DNA of 64,000 nt from Sedimentisphaerales bacterium. Lineage in GTDB: Bacteria > Planctomycetota > Phycisphaerae > Sedimentisphaerales > SM23-30. This document shows positions 50,020 to 60,572 of this stretch, piece after piece. Both the position numbers and the translations under genes were made by a program. The notes beneath the pieces are model-generated. The model had not been told where the DNA came from. It searched no databases and saw nothing but the letters and a program-made list of their open reading frames with translations. The stretch lies in assembly GCA_963666285.1 (NCBI GenBank), contig OY762711.1; one strand, written 5' to 3'. How positions within the stretch are numbered: position 1 is the stretch's first letter; each line of letters opens with the position of its first letter.

Positions 50020-51084
50020 CTATTTAGGCTGATACAGGCAAAACGGCTCGGAACCCATATAATCGCCATCAGCAGCATAAGCTCTGGCCCGGCAGCCACC
50101 GCAAACTCTTCTGTATTCACAAATTCCGCACTTACCCGAATAGCAGTCAACATTACGAATTTCATTGAGAAACCGGCTGTTTTTCCATATTTCGACAAAA
50201 TTCAGATCATTATCTTTGAGTTCACCTGCTGAAATATCGAGAAACCCGCAAATCTGGACACTGCCGGTATGACTAATAAATGCAAAACTCTTACCTCCCA
50301 TGCACCCGGCACCATGCACTCCACTTGATGGCGGCATACCACCTCCGGAATTTTTCTTTAACTTCTCCGGCTGAGTCTGCCTCATAATCCTCTGAAAATG
50401 CGGGGCACATGTGACCCTAACTGACATATTGTCCTCAGGCAATCCCGCCAGCCAATGCAATGTCTGTTCATACTGCTCCGGCGTAAGTTCCTGTTCGGCA
50501 AGCTCTTTGCCTCTTCCGGTCGGCACCAGAAGAAAAGGATTAAATGTAACTGCACCCAAGTTCTCTGCAAGGTGCATAATATCTTTTAGCTCATTGATAT
50601 TGTGGCGTGTAATCGTCGTATTAACCTGAAAATCCAGACCACCAGACTTTGCAATTTTCGCAGCCTTGATAACGGTATTAAATGCCCCAGGGGTATTCCG
50701 AAAAGAATCATGAGTTCTGGCATTTGACCCATCAATAGATAGCGAAATGCAGCTAATCCCGGCATCTTTCATCTGCCTGACAGCTGCATCGTCAATCAAC
50801 ATCCCGCATGGCGCCATAACCATCCTCATACCAAGAGATGCTCCATAGGATGCTACCTGGTAGATATCATCCCGCATCATCGGTTCACCGCCGGTAAGAA
50901 TAATTATCGGTTTGGCAAAAGATGCTATATTGTCTAAAAGATTATAACATTCAGGAGTTGTCAGCTCTCCCGGATAGTCTATATCGCAAGCTCCTGCACG
51001 GCAATGAGTACACCTCATATTACATCGCCGGGTTATTTCCCAGGCAATCAGTTTTGGTACATATTTTTCTTCTGAATTGTTCAT
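50020..51084 (-). CDS. ahbD: Radical SAM/SPASM protein, AhbD (heme b synthase)-like
   Basis: AWEITRRCNMRCTHCRA, RVTCAPH, GCMGGKSFAFISHTGSVQICGFL, CGICEYRRVCGGCRARA. Confidence 0.8.
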   Translation of the reverse strand: MNNSEEKYVPKLIAWEITRRCNMRCTHCRAGACDIDYPGELTTPECYNLLDNIASFAKPIIILTGGEPMMRDDIYQVASYGASLGMRMVMAPCGMLIDDAAVRQMKDAGISCISLSIDGSNARTHDSFRNTPGAFNTVIKAAKIAKSGGLDFQVNTTITRHNINELKDIMHLAENLGAVTFNPFLLVPTGRGKELAEQELTPEQYEQTLHWLAGLPEDNMSVRVTCAPHFQRIMRQTQPEKLKKNSGGGMPPSSGVHGAGCMGGKSFAFISHTGSVQICGFLDISAGELKDNDLNFVEIWKNSRFLNEIRNVDCYSGKCGICEYRRVCGGCRARAYAADGDYMGSEPFCLYQPK

Positions 51085-51122
51085 AGGGGTATAAAAATAT
51101 CAAGCAACATTTCTCAGCCTGA

Positions 51123-52175
51123 TTATTGGATATTTTTTTCCATCAAGTCAACTATCTGACTAAATACCATATCGACAGAAAGATCTTTCATGCATTTGTG
51201 ATGCTCTAAAGGACATATTTTTTTCTGGCAGGGAGAACATTCTATATCCAACCTGATTGTTGCTGTTTTTTCCAGATTTGAAGCGGTCAGACCGGGGTCG
51301 GTAGAGCCAAAAATCACCGCTACCGGCTTATCAAACGCTACAGCATAATGGCGAGGACCGGTATCATTTGTCACCAGCATCTCGCATCTATTTATCAACG
51401 GCTTCAGCAATGCCAGATCCAGTCCTTCTTTACGCATCTCGATAATATCCGCTTTGGCATAACTCATTATTTCATCTGCAATTTGATCTTCACCAGGAGC
51501 AGTAAACATAAACAGCCTGCACTTATATTTATCCTGTAAACGTTTGGCAAGTTCGGCATAATATTCGGCAGGCCAGCATTTACTTGAGCCGAAACTCGCC
51601 CCGGGATTTAAACCAATAACTCTTTCATCTTTATCAATATTGTATTTAGAGTAGATTAAATTGGCCCTGGCCTGCAATTCCTGGTCAATATATAAATGCG
51701 GCATAAAACTGTCTGGAATCTTCAAGCCCAGAAAACTACACAGATCACGATAATAGTCGGTCGTCGGCATCGGTTTGATCCGGCCACCCTCTTTGATTGG
51801 TTTTGGACCTGCCCTTAATATAAGTCCGCGAAAATCACGGCGATATCCAAATATATTCCTACAACCGGCCTTCCAGATTGGCAATGCCGAACTCCATGAA
51901 TTAGGCAGAACAATTGCTATATCAGGAGCAAACTCTTTAATTAGTGCTACTTGACAAGACTTTCCAGCTTTTGAGCCGTCATCAATACCGGCGACCCTGT
52001 CAAACCAAGGTCCTCCACCAAGAATATCAACAGCATAGTTTCGTACAAGCCCTACTATTTCAGCGTCAGGCCAGGTAGCACGTACACTATCGTAAACCGG
52101 GGTGGCCATAACTATATCACCAACCCAGCTTGGACAGCGAACGATTATCTTTTTAACATTATCAGGGAACTTCAT
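51123..52175 (-). CDS. waaF: LPS heptosyltransferase II (GT9)
   Basis: PSWVGDIVMA, LPNSWSSA, NPGASFGSSKCWP, TNDTGPRH, CSPCQKKICP. Confidence 0.88.
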   Translation of the reverse strand: MKFPDNVKKIIVRCPSWVGDIVMATPVYDSVRATWPDAEIVGLVRNYAVDILGGGPWFDRVAGIDDGSKAGKSCQVALIKEFAPDIAIVLPNSWSSALPIWKAGCRNIFGYRRDFRGLILRAGPKPIKEGGRIKPMPTTDYYRDLCSFLGLKIPDSFMPHLYIDQELQARANLIYSKYNIDKDERVIGLNPGASFGSSKCWPAEYYAELAKRLQDKYKCRLFMFTAPGEDQIADEIMSYAKADIIEMRKEGLDLALLKPLINRCEMLVTNDTGPRHYAVAFDKPVAVIFGSTDPGLTASNLEKTATIRLDIECSPCQKKICPLEHHKCMKDLSVDMVFSQIVDLMEKNIQ

Positions 52176-52194
52176 TATTAAATTTACAATTTAC

Positions 52195-53577
52195 CTATTT
52201 CGCTTTTCTGTTATCCTGAAGAGACTTTTGGGTATCAAGCTCAACTCCGGGATCACCCTGAACAGCCATCCAGCGATCAAGTTCTTTAGATAGCTCAGAC
52301 TTTATTTTTGCATATTCAGGATTATTAGCCAAATTATCAAACTCGAAAGGGTCGGAATCAAGATCGTAAAGTTCTTCTGCCGGACGTCTCAAATATCTTT
52401 CAACCAGATTATAGGTACTGTCATTATCTCCGGAAGTAAATACCCAGGTATCCCAATAAGGATTATGTTGATCTACAGCCAGCAAATGCTTTTCGATATA
52501 TATTCTTTCCGGGCTAAGATTACGAATATAACTATATCCAGATGTTCTTACAGAACGTATCGGAAACGCCGGCCCTTCCGGAACGTTATTATGCATAGCA
52601 TACACATACTTGCGATGCTGATCCTTTTTACCTTGCAGAACCTGTAGAAAACTCATGCCGTCAAACTGGTCTTTCAGATATGAAATCCCTGCTGCATCCA
52701 TAAATGTTGGTAGAACATCGGCATACTGAACCAATGCATCTGTCCTGACACCTTGTTTTACTTTTCCTGGCCATCTAACAATCATACCCGTATGAACACC
52801 AAGTTCCCAGTTAGTCCATTTGCAACCGGGAATCTGTGCCCCCTGTTCAGAAGTAAACAGTACAAGAGTATTTTCAGCCTGTCCGGTCTTCTCTAAGGAT
52901 TTTAGAATTTCGCCTATCTGCATATCCATATATTCGATCTCAGCCAGATACTTGGCAAAATCTTTACGAGTCTGTGGTGTATGTGCCATATGAGGTGGCA
53001 ACTTTAGCTTGTCCAAGTCAAATTTAGTCGAATCGCCAACAGTCCAGACGACATGAGGTACTACCAGACAAACTGCCAGATAAAACGGTTGATCTTTATC
53101 TCTTGCCATAAATTCTTCGATACCGGCACAATCATAGTCAGCAGTAGGAGCAACACAATTTGATTCAAAACCTTTAACATCTTCAAAAGGGAAACACTTT
53201 TTGGGGGTAACGTGCACTTTTCCGGTAATACCTACACGATAACCTTCCTTACCGAAATAATGAGGTGCTGATTTAGTACCGGGTTTAGCTTTAGAGTGAT
53301 TCCAACATACTCCACTTTTTACAGGATACAAACCGGAATACATCTCAGCTCTGCAAGGAACACACATTGACATGCTTAAATATGCCTTATTGAATACCAT
53401 TCCTTCAGATGCAAATTTATCCAGGTTCGGAGTATCAATATTCTGTCCTCCATATAATGGGAGATCGTTATAAGTACAGTCATCACCCATAATAATCAAA
53501 AAATTTGGTCTATCAGCTGCTTGCAGATAAGCCGCAGATAAAATAATGAACAAAACAATCCTTTTCAATGTGATCAT
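52195..53577 (-). CDS. Sulfatase (S1 family), secreted
   Basis: RPNFLIIMGDD, CVPCRAEMYSG (CxPxR), GKVH, EELYDL. Confidence 0.92.
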   Translation of the reverse strand: MITLKRIVLFIILSAAYLQAADRPNFLIIMGDDCTYNDLPLYGGQNIDTPNLDKFASEGMVFNKAYLSMSMCVPCRAEMYSGLYPVKSGVCWNHSKAKPGTKSAPHYFGKEGYRVGITGKVHVTPKKCFPFEDVKGFESNCVAPTADYDCAGIEEFMARDKDQPFYLAVCLVVPHVVWTVGDSTKFDLDKLKLPPHMAHTPQTRKDFAKYLAEIEYMDMQIGEILKSLEKTGQAENTLVLFTSEQGAQIPGCKWTNWELGVHTGMIVRWPGKVKQGVRTDALVQYADVLPTFMDAAGISYLKDQFDGMSFLQVLQGKKDQHRKYVYAMHNNVPEGPAFPIRSVRTSGYSYIRNLSPERIYIEKHLLAVDQHNPYWDTWVFTSGDNDSTYNLVERYLRRPAEELYDLDSDPFEFDNLANNPEYAKIKSELSKELDRWMAVQGDPGVELDTQKSLQDNRKAK

Positions 53578-53668
53578 TTTTGATTCCTCTCTTTCTGAGA
53601 TTTTGCAAACAAAACATACTTTTTTTCAAATTCATATATATAAAACACCAACAACACTATAAGAAAAG

Positions 53669-56191
53669 CTATGGTGCCATTCGAGTAAATTTTCTGCTTC
53701 CAATAGTAGCCTTATCATAATTATTCGGCCAGAAACTCATCTGGAACGACATTCCACTCCTGGTAGAATCCCATCCGGCACTAAACGCCGTTGTCCAGCC
53801 CGGCATCTTACGTAGAACAACAAGTCGACTAAAGGCTCCATCATCTGATTCGATATCATATTGTGTCGATACTGAAATTGCGTATTTCGGATTCAATTGA
53901 TAACTAACTCCAGCAGCTATATACTGGGCCGCCTGCTGTTCCAACGGATCACCATTATTCAAATAGCGATGGCCAAAATAGTACCTTACCAGAGACTCAT
54001 GCCTAAATGATATTACATTCTCAATAGCTGACATTTCTGAATCAGTCAGATTATAGTTAATACCACCGGCATAATCTGCTACGTCAGAAATATTCCAGCT
54101 CCAATCGCCAGTTGCATGGTTACTTAAACACTGGTTATATTGGCTGCGACCGGCCAGTCCCAAACTAACAAGGTCATGATTAACAAACGGGCTAAAACCA
54201 TATTGTGTATCAGGCCGGGAATAAATAAATCTACCCGGCAATTCAGCATCTTCAACCTCGTCACTTACATATGTCAAAGATGAATTAAAAGTAAAAACAT
54301 CTACAACCCGCTTATTATCTTTCGGGCCTCTCTTGGTCTGCCAACGCTGACGTAAAGCGAAATTATATACATCCTGAGTTAACAGGTCTCTATTTGTAGT
54401 ATCTGCCCAAAAGACATTAACTTCAGGCCGCACTATATGACGTATGCCGTCAATGTCAAACAATTCTGAACGTGTAGAACGATCAAGATGCCAGAACTGC
54501 ATTGAACTACGAAACCCAAATGAACCTTGCAGAAAATCATCATTTTTTCCAGACTCATAATCATATTCAGGATATAAGCTATCAGAATAATCAGAAAATA
54601 CATACGTTCCAATAGCAGTAGGAACAAAGCTGAAACTACCAAACTTTACCGGCAGCATAAGTTCATGACGACTGACCGCATAGGTTGTTGATTCTGGATT
54701 AATAATATCAGGAAACAGACTTTGCTCTTCCTTACCACCAAAACCAGGAACTAAACGATCACCCGCTATCTCTTGAAACTGTGAATAATAGCCATCATGC
54801 TGATAAACAAAAATATCCATTAAGTCTTGTCCGGCAAGATATAAACCAACTTTCGGCTCCTGGACATAAGAATAATCAAAGTCATCTAAATGAAAACCAT
54901 ACAAAAAATCCAAAGCCCAGTTATGGTCTGATTGTTTTAAGTATATAGAATTTTCTTTATATTGCTCGGAATCAAACTCACGCTCATACCAGCTTTCCAG
55001 GAAGTTTCTATCACTCTCATGGTTCAACATAACCGACATTTGCCAGTTATAAGGCAGATATTGGCGATGATTCCATTTAATTCTTCCACGAAACTCTTCA
55101 TCCGGCGCAACATTGTCACGAGAACCCAATCTGCCCAGCTCATCTTCACCACTATCATGAACCAGATAACTCTTGAATTCACCGAAAGATAGTTCGTTAG
55201 TGTATTCCGACTCAATACCAACTGCCGGCCCTCGTTTAGTATAACCATCCAAAAGAAGATTTGTCTTTGACTCACCTGACTGCTTCAAGCCAAGCAAAAG
55301 AGGTAAATCCCATTCAGATTCTATAGAAAAACCATATTCAGAATCCAAACCACCACTTAATCTTTTCAAAGGAGTAGGCGAACTTTTAAGATCACCCCTG
55401 GCATGAGGCCACCAGAAAACTGTCGGCAGCCCCTCAGCATTCAAAGTAAGCTCATCAATCTCCACCTGAGGTATGTTCTGATCATCTGAACTTGTCGAAT
55501 CATCCTGATATATATCAATCTGCCTGGCACCTATCCATAAATGAGGTTGATGAAATGAATCATTACTAAATTTAACCTTTTTTGCTCGAATATGGCTATC
55601 GGCATACTGTTTAATCTCCTCTGCCCTTATATAAATAGGCAGCTCGCTCTCATCTACCAGCTCGAACTTCAATACACCATCCAGAATCAGCATTTCACCG
55701 CTGTCAAAATTAAAATACACCTTTTCAGCAGTAAAAACATTATCTTTAACAGGCTTATTGTTATTAACAGCAAGATTATCAACAGCAATTCTTATATCAC
55801 CTTCAAGATAAACACCGATGGGAGAATTGATTTTGGCTTCACTGCCTCTGGCCAAAGACTGCAGCAACTCCTGCTGTCGGTAATATATAACCGCATTTTC
55901 AGCCTGGAATTCAATCGCCGGCTGACCAGCAATTCCAGGAAGACTGGCCCAAAAACCACCAGTACAGACAAAGACATCTCCACCATCAGGTAACTTCTTG
56001 GAAATAAACTCGTTCTGTAAAACAACATAAAGTGGGCGTGCCTTTTTATCCGGCAAATCAGAAGAACTCTCCTGAGAATACACTTTTGATGTCGGCAAAA
56101 TTACCAAAACAAGACAAATAACAGTATTGAGAATACCGCTTTTTTGGATAAGATTAAGAAATAAAGGATTAAACTTCATATATTCTGCCAT
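53669..56191 (-). CDS. lptD: LPS-assembly protein LptD-like beta-barrel
   Basis: 840 aa, N-terminal jellyroll-like part, RQRWQTKRGP motif, SDRNFLE; near waaF. Confidence 0.7.
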   Translation of the reverse strand: MAEYMKFNPLFLNLIQKSGILNTVICLVLVILPTSKVYSQESSSDLPDKKARPLYVVLQNEFISKKLPDGGDVFVCTGGFWASLPGIAGQPAIEFQAENAVIYYRQQELLQSLARGSEAKINSPIGVYLEGDIRIAVDNLAVNNNKPVKDNVFTAEKVYFNFDSGEMLILDGVLKFELVDESELPIYIRAEEIKQYADSHIRAKKVKFSNDSFHQPHLWIGARQIDIYQDDSTSSDDQNIPQVEIDELTLNAEGLPTVFWWPHARGDLKSSPTPLKRLSGGLDSEYGFSIESEWDLPLLLGLKQSGESKTNLLLDGYTKRGPAVGIESEYTNELSFGEFKSYLVHDSGEDELGRLGSRDNVAPDEEFRGRIKWNHRQYLPYNWQMSVMLNHESDRNFLESWYEREFDSEQYKENSIYLKQSDHNWALDFLYGFHLDDFDYSYVQEPKVGLYLAGQDLMDIFVYQHDGYYSQFQEIAGDRLVPGFGGKEEQSLFPDIINPESTTYAVSRHELMLPVKFGSFSFVPTAIGTYVFSDYSDSLYPEYDYESGKNDDFLQGSFGFRSSMQFWHLDRSTRSELFDIDGIRHIVRPEVNVFWADTTNRDLLTQDVYNFALRQRWQTKRGPKDNKRVVDVFTFNSSLTYVSDEVEDAELPGRFIYSRPDTQYGFSPFVNHDLVSLGLAGRSQYNQCLSNHATGDWSWNISDVADYAGGINYNLTDSEMSAIENVISFRHESLVRYYFGHRYLNNGDPLEQQAAQYIAAGVSYQLNPKYAISVSTQYDIESDDGAFSRLVVLRKMPGWTTAFSAGWDSTRSGMSFQMSFWPNNYDKATIGSRKFTRMAP

Positions 56192-56434
56192 TCGGATATA
56201 AATTAATACGGCATCTTGGTTTTGGTAGGGCCATATATGTGTAATACTAGCAATTTATGCTCACAAATTCATAGGACAACTGCAATTATATTAATAATAC
56301 GTATATTTTCCAGCAGAAAACCCTATTATCAATACTTAACACCCTGAATAATCATTACAATCGTTATTATTTTTACATATAGGACATTTAACCTGCTGTT
56401 TAACAAGCATTTATATAAAAATGCAAAAATTATG

Positions 56435-56463
56435 TGGACATAGATTTAGTTCTCTTGTATAAT
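56435..56463 (+). promoter_or_regulatory. Sigma-70 promoter of panD
   Basis: TGGACA-N17-TATAAT with TG extension. Confidence 0.55.
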
Positions 56464-56524
56464 TCCTAGGCTAAACATGGGTATTTGGTAATGACTACTG
56501 CTTTAAGCAGCCCACCTTAAGAAA

Positions 56525-56887
56525 ATGCGAATTAGGGTATTAAAATCGAAGATTCACCGTGCAACGGTGACAGAAGCAAATCTGGACTATTACGGCAGTA
56601 TTACCATAGACCGCAGCCTGATGGAACAAGCAGGGCTCATAGAGGGCGAAGTAGTACTAGTAGCAAATATGTCCAGCGGCACCCGCCATGAAACCTATGT
56701 TATTCCAGGCCCGGCAGAAAGCGGTGTTATTTGCACCAATGGAGCCGCAGCTCACCTGGTCAGTGCCGGTGACGAAGTCATCATAATGGCATGGGCAGAA
56801 ATGGAAATAGAGCAAGCGAAAAATTTTAAACCAAATATTTTATTGGTTGATAAGAAAAATAAACCGATAGAACATATACCGGTATGA
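56525..56887 (+). CDS. panD: Aspartate 1-decarboxylase
   Basis: KSKIHRATVT, YGSITID (Gly-Ser cleavage site), TYVI, NGAAA. Confidence 0.97.
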   Translation: MRIRVLKSKIHRATVTEANLDYYGSITIDRSLMEQAGLIEGEVVLVANMSSGTRHETYVIPGPAESGVICTNGAAAHLVSAGDEVIIMAWAEMEIEQAKNFKPNILLVDKKNKPIEHIPV

Positions 56888-57011
56888 TAAAGAGCTTGAA
56901 TCCTGGTGCTACCAGCTTATAATAAAAAAATAAAATTTATATTAGAACCTGCAAAAACAGCTTTCGTAATATAAATAACGATATACCAAAAACGACCAGA
57001 CCTCCTTTTTC

Positions 57012-57059
57012 AAAAAGCCTTTCTGGAGCAAACTTTGCTTCAGAGGGCTTTTTTATTTT
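57012..57059 (+). terminator. Rho-independent terminator (bidirectional appearance)
   Basis: AAAAAGCCTTTCTGGAGC...GCTTCAGAGGGCTTTTTT. Confidence 0.75.
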
Positions 57060-57300
57060 AAACCATCATTTCACAGTCTATATCAATGAAACCGTTTTTT
57101 ACGGCTTTTAGTCCCATAATTAGGCAAATAGTTTCACAAAGAGGAATAATTGGGCTTTTTTCTAATTTAATTTCTTTTTCTGCCAGTTTCAATTACACCA
57201 TGTTATCACTCTAGCTCATACTCAATTATCGGGCTTGCTGCAATCGCCAGGCCCTATGGCAAATTGACACATTAATAATTATTGTTTAGCCTAAATCACG

Positions 57301-57380
57301 CAGGCCTCCTGTAAAACAGGAGGCCTGAAAAAGCCCTCTCAGGCGATTATTACAGCTTGAAAAGTAGAAAGTTAACTAAA
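57301..57380 (+). repeat. Perfect hairpin plus degenerate family A repeat
   Basis: CAGGCCTCCTGT-AAA-ACAGGAGGCCTG then ...CAGGCGATTATTACAGCTTGAAAAGTAGAAAGTTAACTAAA. Confidence 0.6.
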
Positions 57381-57544
57381 GACACACCCATATTGTAAAC
57401 GATACTAATACGGGTAAACCTGAACATTAATTGTAACCTGTCGTAATGTAGAGTGTTACAATATTGTAAGAAATTATCATTACACTGTGATAGGCTTAAA
57501 AAATCTAAAGCATCATATAAGAAAAGCTAAAAGGAACACATTTA

Positions 57545-58495
57545 ATGGGTTTTCAAGATAGAAATTATAATCAAACCGGCAACCAGGGCGGCTTCGGCAG
57601 CAGCTATGGCGGAGGTGGTTTTGGTGGCGGCGGAATGCATTTCAGCCTTGGAATACTAACCCCGGCAGTTAAAATGCTGCTAATCATAAACCTGGCAGCT
57701 TTTGTAGTACAGCATTTACTAGGTCCGCATCTGGCAGGTATTATCCCTGACGAATTGAAAGTAGAATTATTTGGAGGTCAACAAACAGATAGAGGCTGGA
57801 TATTTCCCATCATCAAGCCAAACGGCATTGAAGCATGGTTTTCGGTGATAGGCTTCAGTCCGAAATATGCTTTTCAGCTTTGGCGGCTGCTGACTTTTCA
57901 GTTTCTACATGCCGATGTAATGCATATTGTATTTAACATGCTTGGTGTCTTTTTCCTTGGCCCGGTACTGGAAAGGTCATGGGGCACTAAGAAATTTCTG
58001 ACTATGTACCTGGTTAGCGGTGCTGTCGGCGGCGCACTTTATTCTTTGGCATCACTATTTGGCATTTTTGGCCATTCAATGCTAATCGGAGCTTCCGGCG
58101 GCGTACTGGCACTGTTGGTAGCATGTGCTGTTCTGTTTCCACACTTCCAGGTAATATTGTTTATTTTCCCGGTACCAATAAGATTCGCCTGTGGATTGTT
58201 TACGTTATTATATATTCTAAATGTTATTGGCGGCGGTCATAATGCAGGCGGCGATTTGTGTCACCTTGGAGGGATGGCAACTGGTTTCCTATGGGTAATG
58301 GGCCGACCGAAGCTGGACCAGTTCAAAACTAACCTGGATTATAAAGTCAGCCAGAAACGAAAAGAAGAAGTTAAGAACCTGGAATACGAAGTTGACCGAA
58401 TACTGGCAAAAGTACACGAGCAAGGAATCCAGAGTTTGACAAAACGAGAACGGGAAATTCTCAAAAAGGCAACTGAAATGCAGAAGAAACACTAA
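57545..58495 (+). CDS. Rhomboid protease with C-terminal DUF6576-like tail
   Basis: WRLLTFQFLH, HIVFNM, GASGG, HLGG; EVDRILAKVHEQGIQSLT. Confidence 0.9.
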   Translation: MGFQDRNYNQTGNQGGFGSSYGGGGFGGGGMHFSLGILTPAVKMLLIINLAAFVVQHLLGPHLAGIIPDELKVELFGGQQTDRGWIFPIIKPNGIEAWFSVIGFSPKYAFQLWRLLTFQFLHADVMHIVFNMLGVFFLGPVLERSWGTKKFLTMYLVSGAVGGALYSLASLFGIFGHSMLIGASGGVLALLVACAVLFPHFQVILFIFPVPIRFACGLFTLLYILNVIGGGHNAGGDLCHLGGMATGFLWVMGRPKLDQFKTNLDYKVSQKRKEEVKNLEYEVDRILAKVHEQGIQSLTKREREILKKATEMQKKH

Positions 58496-58534
58496 TAAAA
58501 CTGCAGAAAAGCTTGAGATAAAAACAGCAGATAT

Positions 58535-58954
58535 ATGGCGAAGAAGAAAGTTGATATCAAGATAGTAAATTTTGGAATTTACGATAAGTTCGATAAAGAC
58601 GATGAGCAGCTGCCGGAGATAATAGAGTTTTCTGACAAGATTCCTGCCCGGCTGGAGATAGAGTTCGGCATGATAGTTGAGATCACCAAGGCTCGCGGCG
58701 AGGTTATCAGCTGGCGGATAGGGCACCCGCCATTCAAAAACAGCAGAGGCTGTATGGCACCGCCCTTCACGGGGGAGTTTCATGTTAACAGCCCTGTATA
58801 TACCTTTTTCCTGGGCGATACTATATGGGAACCGATAGACGACAAGCTTGGCATATGGGATCTATCTATCAGTTGGAACGGAACTACCATGGCGAGAAAG
58901 AAACTCAAGGTTGTATCTGAAGACGAATATATGCAATCAACTCATCATCTGTAA
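58535..58954 (+). CDS. DUF3859-like protein
   Basis: IPARLEIEFG, HPPF, FFLGDTIWEPIDDKLG.W. Confidence 0.7.
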   Translation: MAKKKVDIKIVNFGIYDKFDKDDEQLPEIIEFSDKIPARLEIEFGMIVEITKARGEVISWRIGHPPFKNSRGCMAPPFTGEFHVNSPVYTFFLGDTIWEPIDDKLGIWDLSISWNGTTMARKKLKVVSEDEYMQSTHHL

Positions 58955-59152
58955 AAACTACCAGCTAACACATCAGCATTAGTAGTCAAACCTTACGCCA
59001 CATCTTAAAATTCAACAAAATGAACTAAAATCAAGTTAGATTCGTTATTTTCTCGCAATATATCAAATAACCGCAATTCTTCATACCGTCCTTTCCATCT
59101 TAACAGACTAAACACGAACATCAAATATTAAAATACTCTATAAAAGCTATGG

Positions 59153-59181
59153 TTGATTTTGGAGTAATTTACGTATATAAT
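59153..59181 (+). promoter_or_regulatory. Sigma-70 promoter of dapL
   Basis: TTGATT-N17-TATAAT. Confidence 0.55.
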
Positions 59182-59257
59182 GATTGGCTATTTTAGAGAT
59201 TAGAGAGCTTAGTAAACCATTATAAAAACATAATTTAGACAAAAATCGGAGTACGAC

Positions 59258-60481
59258 ATGATAAATATCAATGAAAATTACTTAAAGCTTAAGGCCGGCT
59301 ACTTATTCCCGGAGATTGGCCGCAGGGTAAATACTTTCTCAGAAGCCAACCCTAGTGCCAAAGTTATCAAGCTAGGCATTGGCGATGTTACCAGCCCTCT
59401 GCCGGCAAGCTTAATAGATGCATTCCACAAGGCAGTTGACGAAATGGGAACCGTAGAAGGCTTTCACGGCTACGGCCCGGAACAAGGATATGCCTTTCTG
59501 CGTGAAGCAATTGCAGAAAATGACTATAAGAGCCGTGGAGCCGATATTTCAGCAGATGAGATTTTCATATCAGACGGTTCCAAGTGTGATACCGGCAATA
59601 TTCAGGAAATATTCGGTCTGAATAATAAAATTGCGATAACAGACCCGGTTTACCCGGTATATGTCGATACCAATGTAATGGCAGGCCGAACAGGTGAAGC
59701 AGATGCCAACGGTCAATATGCCGGGCTGGTATATATGCCATGCGGACCGGATAATGATTTTACACCTGCCCTACCGGCAGAACCGGTTGACCTGATATAC
59801 TTGTGCTACCCGAACAACCCAACCGGTGCGGTTGCTACTAAGGAAGCATTAAAGGCTTGGGTTGACTATGCCCGCGAGAACAAGTCGCTTATTCTATTTG
59901 ATGCAGCATATGAAGCATTTATCACTGACCCGACTATCCCGCACAGTATTTATGAAATACCGGGAGCCAAGGAAGTAGCAATCGAATTCCGCAGCTTCAG
60001 TAAAAATGCCGGTTTTACCGGAACACGCTGTGCGTTTACAGTTGTACCAAAGGAACTGAAGGCATATAAGGCAAACGGAGAAGCTGTTGACGTCAAACCT
60101 ATCTGGAACCGCCGCCATTGCACCAAGTTTAACGGAGTATCTTACCCGGTACAGAAAGCGGCAGCAGCGGTTTACAGCGAACAAGGCAAGAAGGAAGTTC
60201 GCGGACTGATAGATTACTATATGAACAATGCCAAGACTATCCGTGAGAATCTGGAGAAAGCCGGTTATAAAGTTTATGGCGGCGTAAATGCTCCTTATAT
60301 CTGGCTGAAGACACCAGAAGGTATCGACAGCTGGGGATTCTTTGATAAACTGCTGAATGAATATAACGTTGTGGGTACACCTGGTGCCGGTTTTGGTGCT
60401 GCCGGTGAAGGATTCTTCCGTTTGAGCGCTTTCGGCAGTTATGAAAATGTGTGTGAGGCAATGGAACGCATTACCAAATAA
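59258..60481 (+). CDS. dapL: LL-diaminopimelate aminotransferase
   Basis: [41 protein letters not shown]. Confidence 0.97.
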   Translation: MININENYLKLKAGYLFPEIGRRVNTFSEANPSAKVIKLGIGDVTSPLPASLIDAFHKAVDEMGTVEGFHGYGPEQGYAFLREAIAENDYKSRGADISADEIFISDGSKCDTGNIQEIFGLNNKIAITDPVYPVYVDTNVMAGRTGEADANGQYAGLVYMPCGPDNDFTPALPAEPVDLIYLCYPNNPTGAVATKEALKAWVDYARENKSLILFDAAYEAFITDPTIPHSIYEIPGAKEVAIEFRSFSKNAGFTGTRCAFTVVPKELKAYKANGEAVDVKPIWNRRHCTKFNGVSYPVQKAAAAVYSEQGKKEVRGLIDYYMNNAKTIRENLEKAGYKVYGGVNAPYIWLKTPEGIDSWGFFDKLLNEYNVVGTPGAGFGAAGEGFFRLSAFGSYENVCEAMERITK

Positions 60482-60514
60482 TTAAACTACACAGTTAAGC
60501 CATAACTCAGAGAT

Positions 60515-60546
60515 AAAAATGTTTCGTCATTAGGCGAAACATTTTT
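60515..60546 (+). terminator. Terminator-like hairpin after dapL
   Basis: AAAAATGTTTCG...CGAAACATTTTT. Confidence 0.6.
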
Positions 60547-60572
60547 ATTAGTTGCGATCGGAAAATAAGGAA

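Noticed and set aside
50020..53577. Radical SAM/SPASM gene as the maturase of the nearby sulfatase
   Set aside because: Its motifs match AhbD/NirJ-type heme enzymes rather than anSME, and waaF lies between them.
56464..56524. Riboswitch in the panD leader
   Set aside because: Only a small hairpin; fluoride, ZTP or pan-motif consensus could not be matched.
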